A stretch of 64,000 nt of DNA from Escherichia phage KIT01: sequence record AP019521.1; one strand, given 5' to 3'. Within the stretch, counting starts at the first letter, position 1. Each line of letters opens with the position of its first letter. Both the position numbers and the translations under genes were made by a program. Of this stretch, positions 28,529-41,329 are shown in pieces. The notes beneath the pieces are model-generated. The model had not been told where the DNA came from. It searched no databases and saw only the letters and a program-made list of their open reading frames with translations.

Positions 28529-29082
28529 TAGATAGTCTCCAACTTAAGTTGTTTGGTAGTGGTAGCTTGGGTAACGTCGCCTTTAACAATATAACACACT
28601 TGTTGGAACGAACTGGTCAAAAGCTCTTCGGCTTGACGATCTGCTTGTTCCTTTGTGTTATGGCGAGAATGAACTTCAATTTTACCATTTTTAACAATAA
28701 GCACTTTCCAATCGGCTGTAGCTTTTACTGGCTTAGGTTCCGGCTTTACAGCAATACTCGTAGTAGCCAGTGGACGTACTACTTCAATAAAGTATTCGAA
28801 TTCATGGGCAAAGGCGCCTACTGAATTAAAAAGAACACTAGTTGCATCATCGGGATTACCTGTGATTTTGCTCAGGTCAACAAACATCAACTCATCGTAT
28901 ACACGAATTCGGCTTACACGTGGCTTCCCGTTATGGTAATCAATTTCAACTTCAAACGGGTTCATACCTACATACTTGGCAAAAGCTGTATTGAGGCCAT
29001 AAGCACCGTTATTAGTGAATTTGTTTTTAGTGTATTCACCAACGAACTTATAAAACTTACGCTCTTCAAAGAACTGGCTCAT
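28528..29082 (-). CDS. Hypothetical early protein
   Basis: ATG at 29082 (MSQFFEERKFY...) with RBS GAGGAAA; early promoter upstream. Confidence 0.55.
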   Translation of the reverse strand: MSQFFEERKFYKFVGEYTKNKFTNNGAYGLNTAFAKYVGMNPFEVEIDYHNGKPRVSRIRVYDELMFVDLSKITGNPDDATSVLFNSVGAFAHEFEYFIEVVRPLATTSIAVKPEPKPVKATADWKVLIVKNGKIEVHSRHNTKEQADRQAEELLTSSFQQVCYIVKGDVTQATTTKQLKLETI

Positions 29083-29106
29083 TTCGATTTCCTCATTTGT
29101 TTCGGT

Positions 29107-29144
29107 AGGACTACTATACCACAGTCCTACCATAGTGTAAACAC
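29107..29144 (-). promoter_or_regulatory. T4-type early promoter
   Basis: Minus strand reads GTTTACA-N17-TATAGTAGTC, inside the inverted repeat GGTAGGACT/AGTCCTACC. Confidence 0.55.
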
Positions 29145-29423
29145 TTAAATTGCTTCAACAACTACCGTTTGTTTCTGGAAGTCCATTTTGCATGAAATAG
29201 CCAAAATGTGGTTATCAATTTTAAATGGAACAATTGCAAATGCTGCACCAGGCGTGAGTTGAACAGTGATTGCATCAACTGCATCAGGGAACATGATTTC
29301 CAGAATAGCAGACAAACGACCATGCACCTTTAGTTCAGTCGACACGTCGACGGGTTCGTATAGGTAATCAGATACAATCTGACTAAAAATGGTTTTAACA
29401 ATTTCAGAATAAGTAGGGAACAT
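29145..29423 (-). CDS. Hypothetical protein
   Basis: 92-aa ORF. Confidence 0.5.
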   Translation of the reverse strand: MFPTYSEIVKTIFSQIVSDYLYEPVDVSTELKVHGRLSAILEIMFPDAVDAITVQLTPGAAFAIVPFKIDNHILAISCKMDFQKQTVVVEAI

Positions 29424-29430
29424 AATTACC

Positions 29431-29638
29431 TCAGTGTACTGTATGGACCTTCACGTTAACAATAAACCGGTCAACGACTTCAGTCAGAGGAACAAACTCA
29501 ACATAGTACTCGCCTTTGTAACGTTCATTAAGGTCATTACGAAGGGCTGCTAGTGAGTTAATGAGGGTAGGAGACATATTCTGGCCTACCAGTTTCTGAA
29601 GCTCTTTATAAGCTTCTTCTTCAACTTCGTGGTGTTTG

Positions 29639-29646
<8 letters not shown>
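29431..29646 (-). CDS. Hypothetical protein
   Basis: ATG at 29646 preceded by GGAAG; the longer track ORF begins at 29715. Confidence 0.45.
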
Positions 29647-31033
<1,387 letters not shown>

Positions 31034-31037
<4 letters not shown>

Positions 31038-31552
31038 ACGCCAAGTTCCTTATAAAGTTCTTCACGGCAAGTTTTAAGGGTTTTACCTGATTCGTAAGCA
31101 ACACTTTCAGGAACATCACCAAGGGTTACTGCGGATTGCATTTGGCCATGGCGTTTAGCCGCATATTCAAAACTTTTCACCAGTTCACGAATACGTTCTT
31201 TTTCATTGTACTCTTCAATGAATTCAGGGTATTCCCAAACAGGTCGCATCATACGATACCAATGCTGAATAGTAATATAATTACTTCCATCCAGATTAAT
31301 AATTTGCGAAGGCTTAATAGACCCTGGAGCATAAAAAGTTACCTGTCTTACTACATCAATACCGTCCACCATAGCCCAAGCAAAATCAAAAGTTGCCTTC
31401 TTTTCAATTGGTGTACTTGCACAGGACCCTAGTTTTAGGAGCTTTTGTAATGCAGGTGATTTAACACCTGAAATGTATTCAGGCTTAGCCACAAAACTGT
31501 TATCACGTAAAGTCATAGTCATTTCCTCAAATTTTATAATCCGTAGGAGCAT
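31034..31552 (-). CDS. Hypothetical protein
   Basis: 172-aa ORF. Confidence 0.5.
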
Positions 31553-31683
31553 TATACTCTGCTCCCAAGAGTTTGTAAACTACTTTCCAAAAAGACCATG
31601 CATACACATACTGAACACAATCCCAAAACAAAAGAATGCAGCGCCAAATCTAACGGCATCCCAACCGCAAACACATGTCTCAA

Positions 31684-31974
31684 TCATTTGCACTTCCCCT
31701 CTTTTAGTCCGGAACGATAATAACATAACATAGATTTCTGGTCTTGTACATATCTTTTTACGTCATTCAACCAAATACGATGTTCTTGGGAATCTTCAAA
31801 AGGCATTCCAACCCAAGCTTTACCGTCGATTACCTTAACCTGCCACTTAACATTATGTTCGGCAATAGGTTGCGGCCATGAAGGATGCAGTTGTTGCTTA
31901 GGCACTACAGGGATATCCTGGGAACATCCAACTAACAAGCCAATAGATAATACTAATGCAGCTGATTTAATCAT
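31684..31974 (-). CDS. Putative o-spanin (outer-membrane lipoprotein, Rz1-like)
   Basis: 96 aa; signal peptide with lipobox LLVGC; directly follows the i-spanin candidate with overlapping start/stop. Confidence 0.55.
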   Translation of the reverse strand: MIKSAALVLSIGLLVGCSQDIPVVPKQQLHPSWPQPIAEHNVKWQVKVIDGKAWVGMPFEDSQEHRIWLNDVKRYVQDQKSMLCYYRSGLKEGKCK

Positions 31975-32324
31975 TCTGTAATGCTCCTGAAGTCTTCTGT
32001 AAAGGAATCGAAGGACTTGTTGATTTGTTTTTCGACCAGTCCTGGCTTACTTGCCACCACGTGCGCCTTCTTCGAATCTTTACGGAGCTTTTCATTTTCT
32101 ACCTTAATTTTATCCATTCGGGCATTCATTTCAGTAGTACGGAATTCAATATCAGAATATTGACCACGAAGGTCCTCTACAGCTTCAGCGTTCTGTTTGG
32201 CCGTTTGCTGGGTAGTTTTCAGTTCTTCAGTAAGGGTATCAATACGGCTTGATTGGTACGAAATAAAACCGTAAGCACCTACTGCAATGGCTCCAGCTAA
32301 AAGGTAAATACTTAATTTAGACAT
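31971..32324 (-). CDS. Putative i-spanin (Rz-like)
   Basis: 117 aa; N-terminal transmembrane segment followed by charged coiled-coil-like sequence. Confidence 0.55.
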   Translation of the reverse strand: MSKLSIYLLAGAIAVGAYGFISYQSSRIDTLTEELKTTQQTAKQNAEAVEDLRGQYSDIEFRTTEMNARMDKIKVENEKLRKDSKKAHVVASKPGLVEKQINKSFDSFTEDFRSITE

Positions 32325-32812
32325 TTGGTAATAATCTCGATGATGTCATCACGTGACAGGGAATTAATAAGAACCGTTTTAGGGTTTTCACACTGAATTT
32401 TATACGTTTCAAACATAAAACACAATTCTTCAGCGGTATGGTAAGGACTTGAAATGCCAAGGCGATTAAACTTGTCGCTTAATGGGTCACAAATCAAATA
32501 GAAAGTGATGCCTGAGATTTTGACATTAGGTTGACTAATATTAATGAACACCTCGGCATCATACTTGGAAAGGTTGTTTTGGAGAAACTCAACCATAGAG
32601 TTGACAGCTTCAGGCATGGCTTCACGCTTTTCTTCTGCGTAACGGGTAGAGTATTCTTTTTGCTTGATTTTCTTTTTAGCATTTTTAGCTAAAGTAACAC
32701 GAAGATCGGTCAGGTAACCTACTGCACGAGAACCTTTAAAAACTTGGATACCGTCAGTAGAATCACCAAAAGCCTTAACAACCATTTCGTTAGTAATCAT
32801 TTGCATATTCAT
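32312..32812 (-). CDS. Alc-like protein candidate (position of T4 alc)
   Basis: 166 aa, in the T4 alc position between rnlA and the spanin pair; assignment by synteny and size only. Confidence 0.4.
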   Translation of the reverse strand: MNMQMITNEMVVKAFGDSTDGIQVFKGSRAVGYLTDLRVTLAKNAKKKIKQKEYSTRYAEEKREAMPEAVNSMVEFLQNNLSKYDAEVFINISQPNVKISGITFYLICDPLSDKFNRLGISSPYHTAEELCFMFETYKIQCENPKTVLINSLSRDDIIEIITKCLN

Positions 32813-32838
32813 TTTGTTTTTCTCCTCATTAGTTGGTA

Positions 32839-32875
32839 AGTCTATACTAACACATCATGAGGAGATGTAAACTAC
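32839..32875 (-). promoter_or_regulatory. T4-type early promoter
   Basis: Minus strand reads GTTTACA-N16-TAGTATAGAC with flanking inverted repeat TCTCCTCAT/ATGAGGAGA. Confidence 0.5.
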
Positions 32876-34020
32876 TCTAACACAATTTCTTTCAAATATT
32901 TTTCAGGGATTTGAGCCTTATGATTTTTCAAGAACACAGAGTTAATCTGGTCCATGACCGTATCATAATTAATGCCACCTACGTACGCCTGCATAAGAAT
33001 AGAGAACAGCCCTGGGAAGTCCTTAAGGATTAATTGACCTGTAACGGCGTAGTCCTTACGGTCACGTCCCTTGAGTTGGGAGTACGCTGCTTCTAACAAA
33101 GCCAATGATTGTTCTAAGTAATCTAAATGGATACGTTCAAAGGCATCGATTTTCTCGATAGCAAACGAATCTGTACTGAACAGGCCACGAAGGTCGTCAG
33201 TTCCGCCAGCCACTACAACTTCAAACAAACGTTCGTTATTGTTAATGGAATCTTTGGTATGGTGCAGTGCACTGTACCAAGCGGTTTTGAGTTTAAAGAA
33301 CGTACCATCTTTCAGTACAAAGATGAAACCTTCAACACCCTCTTGTTTACGGATGTTTTCTACGAAATCACCTTCAGTGAGGTCATAGCTTTCAACCAAA
33401 TGCTTACGCAGCGCGCCGTCCTTAAACAATTCTGCATACGGAATATATTCACCCGTTTCATTATTACGAACGTTCAACAGGATAAGATTTGTTTCTTGGT
33501 AAGCCAGCACGATACGGTTGGTAGGTGCAACATATTCAAGGTTACAGGTGTACCCGGCTTTGGTGATTTCTTCCAGACGGGCAGCAAAAGCCTCGTTCTC
33601 AGGGAGACGAAGGAAACGTAAAGAATCATGCACCATTGATGAATGGATAGAGCCTTTAGATTTAACAGAAAGATACTGACGGTCCATGAATGTAGAAATC
33701 AGAGAACCATCTTCCTTAGCCATTACGAGGTCAATATTTTCCGGCGACAAATCTAGACCGATGGTCAGAGGGTTTTCGTCAAGGTTAAAGAACTTTTGCA
33801 TAGGACGAGCAGCAATACGCACTGGACCGTTCTCGTCCATTTCAAACATAATGCCTCGGCACTCTAGTGCGCCGTCTTCCAACCAATCACTGTACGATGC
33901 ATAGTTATAACTAAAGATGCGATAGTTGACTCCTAGCGCACTCTGAAAGTCTTTAAAGAAGAACTTAGATTTAGTCGAGTTTTTAACCAGGGCCATCAAG
34001 TTATCATATAATTCAATCAT
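32872..34020 (-). CDS. rnlA: RNA ligase 1
   Basis: 382 aa; strong match to T4 Rnl1 (RIFSYNYASYSDWL...ALECRGIMFE, KEDGSL). Confidence 0.9.
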   Translation of the reverse strand: MIELYDNLMALVKNSTKSKFFFKDFQSALGVNYRIFSYNYASYSDWLEDGALECRGIMFEMDENGPVRIAARPMQKFFNLDENPLTIGLDLSPENIDLVMAKEDGSLISTFMDRQYLSVKSKGSIHSSMVHDSLRFLRLPENEAFAARLEEITKAGYTCNLEYVAPTNRIVLAYQETNLILLNVRNNETGEYIPYAELFKDGALRKHLVESYDLTEGDFVENIRKQEGVEGFIFVLKDGTFFKLKTAWYSALHHTKDSINNNERLFEVVVAGGTDDLRGLFSTDSFAIEKIDAFERIHLDYLEQSLALLEAAYSQLKGRDRKDYAVTGQLILKDFPGLFSILMQAYVGGINYDTVMDQINSVFLKNHKAQIPEKYLKEIVLE

Positions 34021-34430
34021 TGCTTTATCCTATGTTGGGTATTCCAAGGTGGATTAAATTTCTTTATGAACATTGGCTCTTCAAGAGACATGGTCTCAAC
34101 TGACATAGTTCCAAGTTCGTTAGTCATCGACAGATTAAAGCACTGCCGTGCATAGAACTCTACCTTTTTACCTGCCATTAATGCTTCATGAATCAGAATG
34201 GACTTAGTCGAATCTGACGTTTGGTCCTTACGATTAATAGCGGTTCGGTAGTAGTTGATGCGCTTACGAAGATTTTTAGTCTTCCCGACGTAGACTAATA
34301 TATCATCAACCGCTATAGCATATATGACATTTTGTTTATTTGGTACTGTGAGTGGAGCTATGGTGGCGTCATCTTGGAGTTCTAGGGTGACGTACTTGAT
34401 AAAGCTAAATTCGTCTGCGATTTCTTTCAT
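34017..34430 (-). CDS. denA: Endonuclease II (GIY-YIG family)
   Basis: ATG at 34430 (MKEIADEFSFIKY...); strong match to T4 DenA (VIYAIA..D.LVY.GKTKNLRKRINYYR). Confidence 0.85.
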   Translation of the reverse strand: MKEIADEFSFIKYVTLELQDDATIAPLTVPNKQNVIYAIAVDDILVYVGKTKNLRKRINYYRTAINRKDQTSDSTKSILIHEALMAGKKVEFYARQCFNLSMTNELGTMSVETMSLEEPMFIKKFNPPWNTQHRIKQ

Positions 34431-34457
34431 AGCAATAAGGGGCCGAAGCCCCATTCC

Positions 34458-35666
34458 TTAAAAATATTTCTTGTACGATGCCATTACTTTTTCATCAACA
34501 TCGTTATCAATTTGTGCTACAAGGTAAGAACTGATTTCCACTTCCTGAGGAGCAGCCTGTACAGCATCAGAGTTCAGGTATTCTCGAATCCAAGGATACG
34601 GATGGCGAGTAGGGGCATCAGTAATAGGACATGGTAAGCCACATTGCTTCATACGAGAAACTGTCAGGTAATCGACAAAAGCACCCATGTTCTGAGTATT
34701 TAATCCAGGGCAAGTACCATCTTTGAACAGGTGAGTGGCCCATTCTTTTTCTTGACGGTTAACTTCCATGAAAATATCAACTGCTTCTTGTTCGCACTCT
34801 TGAGCAATTTTAACCCATTCATCACCATCAGTACCAAGTTGAAGTTGACGAATAATGTACTGAGTACCTTTAAGGTGAAGCTGTTCATCACGTGCAATGA
34901 ACTTCATAATCTTAGCATTACCTTCCATGATTTCCATGTTTTTATGGAAGTTAAAGGTACATGCGAAAGATACGTAAAAACGAATAGCTTCCAGCGCGTT
35001 GATTACATGCAGACAGAGGTAAAGAGAACGCATTAGTTCACGTTTCCAATACATCTCATGCTCTATGGCATCTTCAATATCATCTTCGTCTGCGTTAATT
35101 TCTTTTTGGTACTCAATATCAGCTTTAGCATTCTGCCAATATCTAGTTTTCTCAATAACGTCGTCGTAATAACGACCAATAGATTCAGCACGTTTCATAA
35201 TAGCGTCATCTAACAGAATTTCATCAAATACCTTTGATGGGTCTGTATAGAGGTTACGCATGATATGGGTATATGAACGAGAGTGAATAGTCTCACTAAA
35301 GGTCCATGTAGCCACCCATGTATCAAGGCTAGGGTCTGAAATCAAGGCTTGAAGTGCAGCAGAAGGAGCACGTCCTTGAATACTGTCCAGAAGTGATTGA
35401 TACTTCAAGTTATTGGTAAAAATATTTTGTTGGAATTGCGGAAGCTTATTAAATTGAGCAGCATCCATCATCAAGTTGACTTCTTCTGGGCGCCAGAAAA
35501 AACTCAACTGCTTCTCACAAAGCTCTTCGAACACTTTATGACGTTGGATATCATAACGAGCAATACCCAATCCTGAACCAAAGAACATCGGTTCGACTAA
35601 AACATCAACTGGGGTGGTATTAAAAACTGTAGACATGTTATTCTCATTTGTTAGTGACTCGTCCAT
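34458..35666 (-). CDS. nrdB: Ribonucleotide reductase beta subunit, uninterrupted
   Basis: 402 aa continuous ORF with di-iron motifs; no intron-like interruption. Confidence 0.93.
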   Translation of the reverse strand: MDESLTNENNMSTVFNTTPVDVLVEPMFFGSGLGIARYDIQRHKVFEELCEKQLSFFWRPEEVNLMMDAAQFNKLPQFQQNIFTNNLKYQSLLDSIQGRAPSAALQALISDPSLDTWVATWTFSETIHSRSYTHIMRNLYTDPSKVFDEILLDDAIMKRAESIGRYYDDVIEKTRYWQNAKADIEYQKEINADEDDIEDAIEHEMYWKRELMRSLYLCLHVINALEAIRFYVSFACTFNFHKNMEIMEGNAKIMKFIARDEQLHLKGTQYIIRQLQLGTDGDEWVKIAQECEQEAVDIFMEVNRQEKEWATHLFKDGTCPGLNTQNMGAFVDYLTVSRMKQCGLPCPITDAPTRHPYPWIREYLNSDAVQAAPQEVEISSYLVAQIDNDVDEKVMASYKKYF

Positions 35667-35689
35667 GAGTCAATTATAATCAGATTTTA

Positions 35690-37945
35690 TTAAAGCTTAC
35701 AAGCTGCACAATCGTCGGCTTTAGGAGTTTCGATTTCATAGTCATCAGTACCGGAGCCGTCACGGGTGTTATGATAGTAAAGGTTCTTACCACCGTAGTA
35801 CCAGAAATATAGCAGGTCATCAAGCATTACTGACATCGGAACTTTTCCTTTTGGAAAAATCTGTGGGTCATAATATGTATTAGCTGATGCCGATTGACAC
35901 ACCCATTTCAACGCTATTGCCACTTGGGTAAGATAAGGTTTATTACCTTTCTTAGCAAGGGTCCAAGCATAATCATACAGACCTTGGTTATGTTCTACAT
36001 TAGGAACTACCTGACGGAAGTTACCTTCTTTAGATTCTTTAATACTTACCGGACCACGTGGAGGTTCGATACCGTTTGTAGAGTTGGAAACCTGGCTGCT
36101 TGATTCACACGGCATAAGTGCTGATAATGTGCTATTACGGATGCCATGTTTAGCCAAGTCTTCCCGCAACGACGTCCAGTCACAAACGTAGTTTGGAGCT
36201 GCGATTTGGTCAATCTTTTTATTGTACCAGTCGATAGGTAATTCGCCTCGAGACCATTTAGTGTCTGAATAATACTCGCAAGGTCCTTTTTCTTCGGCCA
36301 GCTTGATGGATGCTCGGATAAGTCCATATTGTAATCTCTCAAACAGTTCATGAGTTAAATCATTAGCATCTTCATAAGAAGCAAAGTTGCTTGCCAACCA
36401 AGCGGCGTAGTTAGTAACACCGACACCCAGGTTACGACGTTTCTTGGCCTTCAGAGCTTCAGGAACAGGATAATCTTGGTAGTCCAACAGGTTATCAAGT
36501 GCACGTACTTGTACTTCAGCCAGCTCGTTGATTTTGTCTTGGTCCTGCCAATCGAAGTTATCCAATACGAATGCAGACAACGTACACAAACCGATTTCAG
36601 CGTCCGGGCTATTCACATCAGTAGTTGGGATAGCAATTTCACAACACAAGTTGCTCTGGCGAATAGGAGCTTTCTCACGAATAAATGGTGTGAAGTTGTT
36701 AGTGTTATCAACGAACTGAGGATAAATTCGTGCAGTGCCTGAACGTTCAGTCATGAACAATTCAAAAAGGTCACGTGCCTTAATACGTTTCTTACGAATA
36801 CTAGGGTCTTTTTCTGCGGCTTCATACAATTCACGGAAACGGTCTTGGTCTTCGAAATAAGAATAATAAAGCTCACCACTCATTTCATGAGGACTAAACA
36901 GGGTAATATAATCATTTTTACCGAAACGTTCCATCATCAGGTCGTTCAACTGGATTCCGTAGTCCATATGACGAATACGGTTCTCATCGACACCTTTGTT
37001 GTTTTTCAGAACGAGCAGATTTTCAACTTCCAAATGCCAAATAGGATAATAAGCAGTAGCAGCGCCGCCACGGATTCCACCTTGTGAACATGATTTAACA
37101 GCAGTCTGGAAATGTTTCCAGAATGGAATAACACCGGTATGCTTGACTTCGCCCATGCCAATACGAGAACCTTCAGCACGAATCATACCAACGTTGATAC
37201 CAATACCTGCACGTTTAGAAATGTATTCAATTATTGAGTTAGCAGTTTTGTTAATAGATTTCAGCGAGTCGCCTGCTTCAATAACCACACAAGAACTAAA
37301 TTGACGGGTTGGTGTACGTGCTCCAGCCATAATAGGAGTAGGCAACGAAACCTGACGAGTACTTACAGCATCATAAAAACGAATAATATGGGCTAAACGA
37401 TTACCCGGTTCGTCTTGATGTAAGGCCATACCAATACACATTATAGCGAACTGAGGGGTTTCGTAGATTTTACCGGTTGTTTTATCTTTAACCAGATATT
37501 TCTCTTTAAGCTGCATCGCACCAGCATAAGTCAATTCGAAATCACGTTCATGCTTGATATGAGATTCTAAGAAAGTAATTTCTTCTGCAGAATATCGAGA
37601 CAGCAATTCAGGGTCATATTTACCTTCGTTAACACAATAGGAAATATGGTCGATAAAGCTACGTGGTTCGAACTGCCCATAAACTTCTTTACGCAGTGCA
37701 AACATCAATTCTTTTGCAGCAACATATTGGTAATCAGGCTCTTCAACCGAGATAAGGTTGGCTGCTACCTTAACAGTCAGATTTTGGATATCTTTGGTAG
37801 TCATACCGTCACGAAGATGGGATTTGATTTCTTCGTATAATTCATAGGGATCGATTTGGGTTCCTTCACAGCCCCAAGTCAGAACTTTAATAATTTTTTG
37901 TGCGTCAAAATCTTGGGATACACCACTACTTTTTTGTACTTGCAT
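35690..37945 (-). CDS. nrdA: Ribonucleotide reductase alpha subunit
   Basis: 751 aa; ATP-cone N-terminus, active-site NLCCEI motif, C-terminal CxxC. Confidence 0.95.
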   Translation of the reverse strand: MQVQKSSGVSQDFDAQKIIKVLTWGCEGTQIDPYELYEEIKSHLRDGMTTKDIQNLTVKVAANLISVEEPDYQYVAAKELMFALRKEVYGQFEPRSFIDHISYCVNEGKYDPELLSRYSAEEITFLESHIKHERDFELTYAGAMQLKEKYLVKDKTTGKIYETPQFAIMCIGMALHQDEPGNRLAHIIRFYDAVSTRQVSLPTPIMAGARTPTRQFSSCVVIEAGDSLKSINKTANSIIEYISKRAGIGINVGMIRAEGSRIGMGEVKHTGVIPFWKHFQTAVKSCSQGGIRGGAATAYYPIWHLEVENLLVLKNNKGVDENRIRHMDYGIQLNDLMMERFGKNDYITLFSPHEMSGELYYSYFEDQDRFRELYEAAEKDPSIRKKRIKARDLFELFMTERSGTARIYPQFVDNTNNFTPFIREKAPIRQSNLCCEIAIPTTDVNSPDAEIGLCTLSAFVLDNFDWQDQDKINELAEVQVRALDNLLDYQDYPVPEALKAKKRRNLGVGVTNYAAWLASNFASYEDANDLTHELFERLQYGLIRASIKLAEEKGPCEYYSDTKWSRGELPIDWYNKKIDQIAAPNYVCDWTSLREDLAKHGIRNSTLSALMPCESSSQVSNSTNGIEPPRGPVSIKESKEGNFRQVVPNVEHNQGLYDYAWTLAKKGNKPYLTQVAIALKWVCQSASANTYYDPQIFPKGKVPMSVMLDDLLYFWYYGGKNLYYHNTRDGSGTDDYEIETPKADDCAACKL

Positions 37946-38011
37946 AATTTCCTCAATATGTTAGGTTCTATAATTATTCTATCATAGAACCTGTTAAGCA
38001 TGGACTGATAT

Positions 38012-38305
38012 TTATAGGTCTTCTAATGAGAACGTGTCTTTGAAAAGTTTGTTAACAACCAGGGCTATCACATCCCCATGACAGTCCTTAGGTTTACAGG
38101 TACACGCTATACGCATACCTCTAAGGGTTTCAAGATGTTCTCTTTTAATTTCGCCCGATTTTATTTTAGCAATAAAGTATTCTTTAAAGTTCTTGATGTT
38201 TTCCTCGCGGGTTCCATCTTTAAATGGATTACCCCACATAGTCCCACGTTGGATATTGACATCAAAATCTTCTTTATACTTGTTAACAACTCTGCAGACT
38301 CTCAT
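38012..38305 (-). CDS. Hypothetical protein with WGNPF motif and CxC...C-H cluster
   Basis: 97-aa ORF between td and nrdA; contains MWGNPF and CTCKPKDCH. Confidence 0.5.
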   Translation of the reverse strand: MRVCRVVNKYKEDFDVNIQRGTMWGNPFKDGTREENIKNFKEYFIAKIKSGEIKREHLETLRGMRIACTCKPKDCHGDVIALVVNKLFKDTFSLEDL

Positions 38306-38366
38306 TATAGCACCAAATTAAGCCCGACCATAATAACCAAAAACAGAGTACAGATTATTTGAATTT

Positions 38367-39229
38367 TCATACAGCCATTTTAGCCTTAATAGTAGGGTGT
38401 GATTCGTAACCTTTAAGAACGAAATCTTCAGGATACATCATTCCGGTAACCCAAGCCAACTGTTGTTCTGTTGTCCACTCATGGAAATCTTTATGCCAAT
38501 ACCGTATTTCCAGTTCACAAAGCTCTTTAGGTTCGCGACGCAATACTTCTTGGCATTGTTCAACGTGGTTAGAATAGATGTGCGTATTGCCGCCTGAGAA
38601 CACTAAATCGCCAGGAATAAGATTACACATCTTAGCTACAATATGCACAAGAGCGGCGTAAGAGGCGATATTAAATGGCAATCCTAAGAACACGTCAACA
38701 GAACGCTGATACCACTGGAGGTCAAGATGACCGTTACGAACGTTGAACTGGTAAAAACAGTGGCATGGTGGAAGAGCCATCTGGTTAATTTCAGCCGGGT
38801 TCCATGCTGATACGATTTGACGACGGTCATTAGGCATTTTCTTAATGCGTTCAACAATTTCTACAACCTGGTCGATACCACCAAAATCTCGCCATTGTTT
38901 CCCGTACACAGGACCCAGTTCGCCATCAGAATATCCCAAATCAACTGCTTGATTTTCATAATTCTCGTCCCAAATAGTTTTGCCTTCAGTGCGTGAACCG
39001 TGAGTACGATGACGCAGGTCATTAACGTTGGTTGAACCTGAAAGGAACCAAAGGAGCTCAGCAATACAGGCTTTCCATGCTAATTTTTTAGTTGTTACCG
39101 CCGGGAAGCCTTTAGTTAAATCAAAACGTAATTTAGTACCGAACAGTGCAATTGTACCGGTGCCGGTACGGTCGTCAGTTTCGTAGCCGTTTTCCAGGAT
39201 ATCTTTAATTAAAAATTGGTATTGTTTCA

Positions 39230-39242
<13 letters not shown>
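38367..39242 (-). CDS. td: Thymidylate synthase, uninterrupted
   Basis: 291 aa continuous ORF; active-site ALPPCH; strong match to T4 Td exons with no intervening sequence. Confidence 0.95.
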
Positions 39243-40274
<1,032 letters not shown>

Positions 40275-40293
40275 TTTATTCTCCTTAGTTGAC

Positions 40294-40329
40294 CAGGCTA
40301 TAGTATCACTACCATAGCCTGGTGTAAAC
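40294..40329 (-). promoter_or_regulatory. T4-type early promoter
   Basis: Minus strand reads GTTTACA-N17-TACTATAGCC with inverted repeat CCAGGCTAT/ATAGCCTGG. Confidence 0.55.
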
Positions 40330-40557
40330 TTATTTTTGAATTAAGCCCATATAAAATTTAGCGTCTTCCGGGTGCATACCGTCACAATACTCGTAAGCCA
40401 TAAAGCGGGTAAGGTCTTCAAGAGGACCTTGGACTTCAATTTGCATACTACAGAATTGAGTATCTTTAATATGGGTCATAACTAAAGAAGGATAACGATT
40501 ACGGATAACTTCGTAAGTGTATTCAAAATCAACGATATCAATATTAACCTTAGCCAT
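40330..40557 (-). CDS. Hypothetical protein
   Basis: ATG at 40557 (MAKVNIDIV...) preceded by GAGGAAAAT; an in-frame upstream ATG exists at 40575. Confidence 0.5.
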   Translation of the reverse strand: MAKVNIDIVDFEYTYEVIRNRYPSLVMTHIKDTQFCSMQIEVQGPLEDLTRFMAYEYCDGMHPEDAKFYMGLIQK

Positions 40558-40584
40558 TTTATTTTCCTCACTCATTAGTTGATA

Positions 40585-40618
40585 GGTCTATAGTATCATG
40601 TTTAAAGCAGATGTAAAC
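40585..40618 (-). promoter_or_regulatory. T4-type early promoter (40-nt exact copy of the motA promoter)
   Basis: Minus strand reads GTTTACATCTGCTTTAAACATGATACTATAGACCTATC; 40581-40620 is identical to 58048-58087. Confidence 0.6.
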
Positions 40619-40620
40619 AC

Positions 40621-40881
40621 TTATTTTTGAATTTTATCAAGCCACTTACCAAGTTTAATCATTTCTTTGGTAGCTTTTTCCATACTTCTGAATTTAACCA
40701 GTAAAGGTTGGGCATCAACACCCATAACTAAGGTGGTTACAAGACTATGTTCACCTACAAGCCATAATGAATACGTTTGGATATCGAGCCCATAATTTCT
40801 GTCTTTATGAACTCGTACACCCATCACTTCAAATTTCTCACTGGCTTTTTCTACTGCATCCAGGAAATCATCTTTAGTCAT
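40621..40881 (-). CDS. Hypothetical protein
   Basis: ORF from ATG at 40881 (MTKDDFLDAVEKA...). Confidence 0.45.
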   Translation of the reverse strand: MTKDDFLDAVEKASEKFEVMGVRVHKDRNYGLDIQTYSLWLVGEHSLVTTLVMGVDAQPLLVKFRSMEKATKEMIKLGKWLDKIQK

Positions 40882-40882
40882 A

Positions 40883-41272
40883 TTAGGCCTTAAAAGTTTT
40901 TTGCAAAAGTTCAATGATTTGGTCAACGTTCTGTTCGGTAACAATGCAATGGATTTGAGTTACGCCGGTCTTAGCAATAGGCTCATCGATTTCTTTATCT
41001 TCCGCAACATATTCACGGAAGCAATAGAACTCGTCTTCATGCAACTCAAAATAATTTGGCGCCAACCCGTCTGCACTAAAAATCTCGCCATTAGCGCATT
41101 CGATTTCAGTCACAAATTTGTCGCCATCCACAGTCAACATATCCTTTACTTCAAACCAACCACCGTTGTCTTGGATAAGGTCGACCATGTTTTTATTATT
41201 TTCATATTCGTCCATTTCAATAAAGTCTTTAATGCATTCAGGACGAAGTTCATAAGTTTTACCGATTTCCAT
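40883..41272 (-). CDS. Hypothetical acidic protein
   Basis: 129-aa ORF with early promoter upstream. Confidence 0.5.
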   Translation of the reverse strand: MEIGKTYELRPECIKDFIEMDEYENNKNMVDLIQDNGGWFEVKDMLTVDGDKFVTEIECANGEIFSADGLAPNYFELHEDEFYCFREYVAEDKEIDEPIAKTGVTQIHCIVTEQNVDQIIELLQKTFKA

Positions 41273-41294
41273 TTTATTTCCTCATGTAGTTGAT

Positions 41295-41329
41295 AGGTCT
41301 ATAGTATCACGTTTAAAGGCATTGTAAAC
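41295..41329 (-). promoter_or_regulatory. T4-type early promoter
   Basis: Minus strand reads GTTTACA-N17-TACTATAGACCTATCAACTA. Confidence 0.55.

Noticed and set aside
33127-33621. 164-aa plus-strand ORF inside rnlA
   Set aside because: Antisense to the RNA ligase 1 gene; no independent support.
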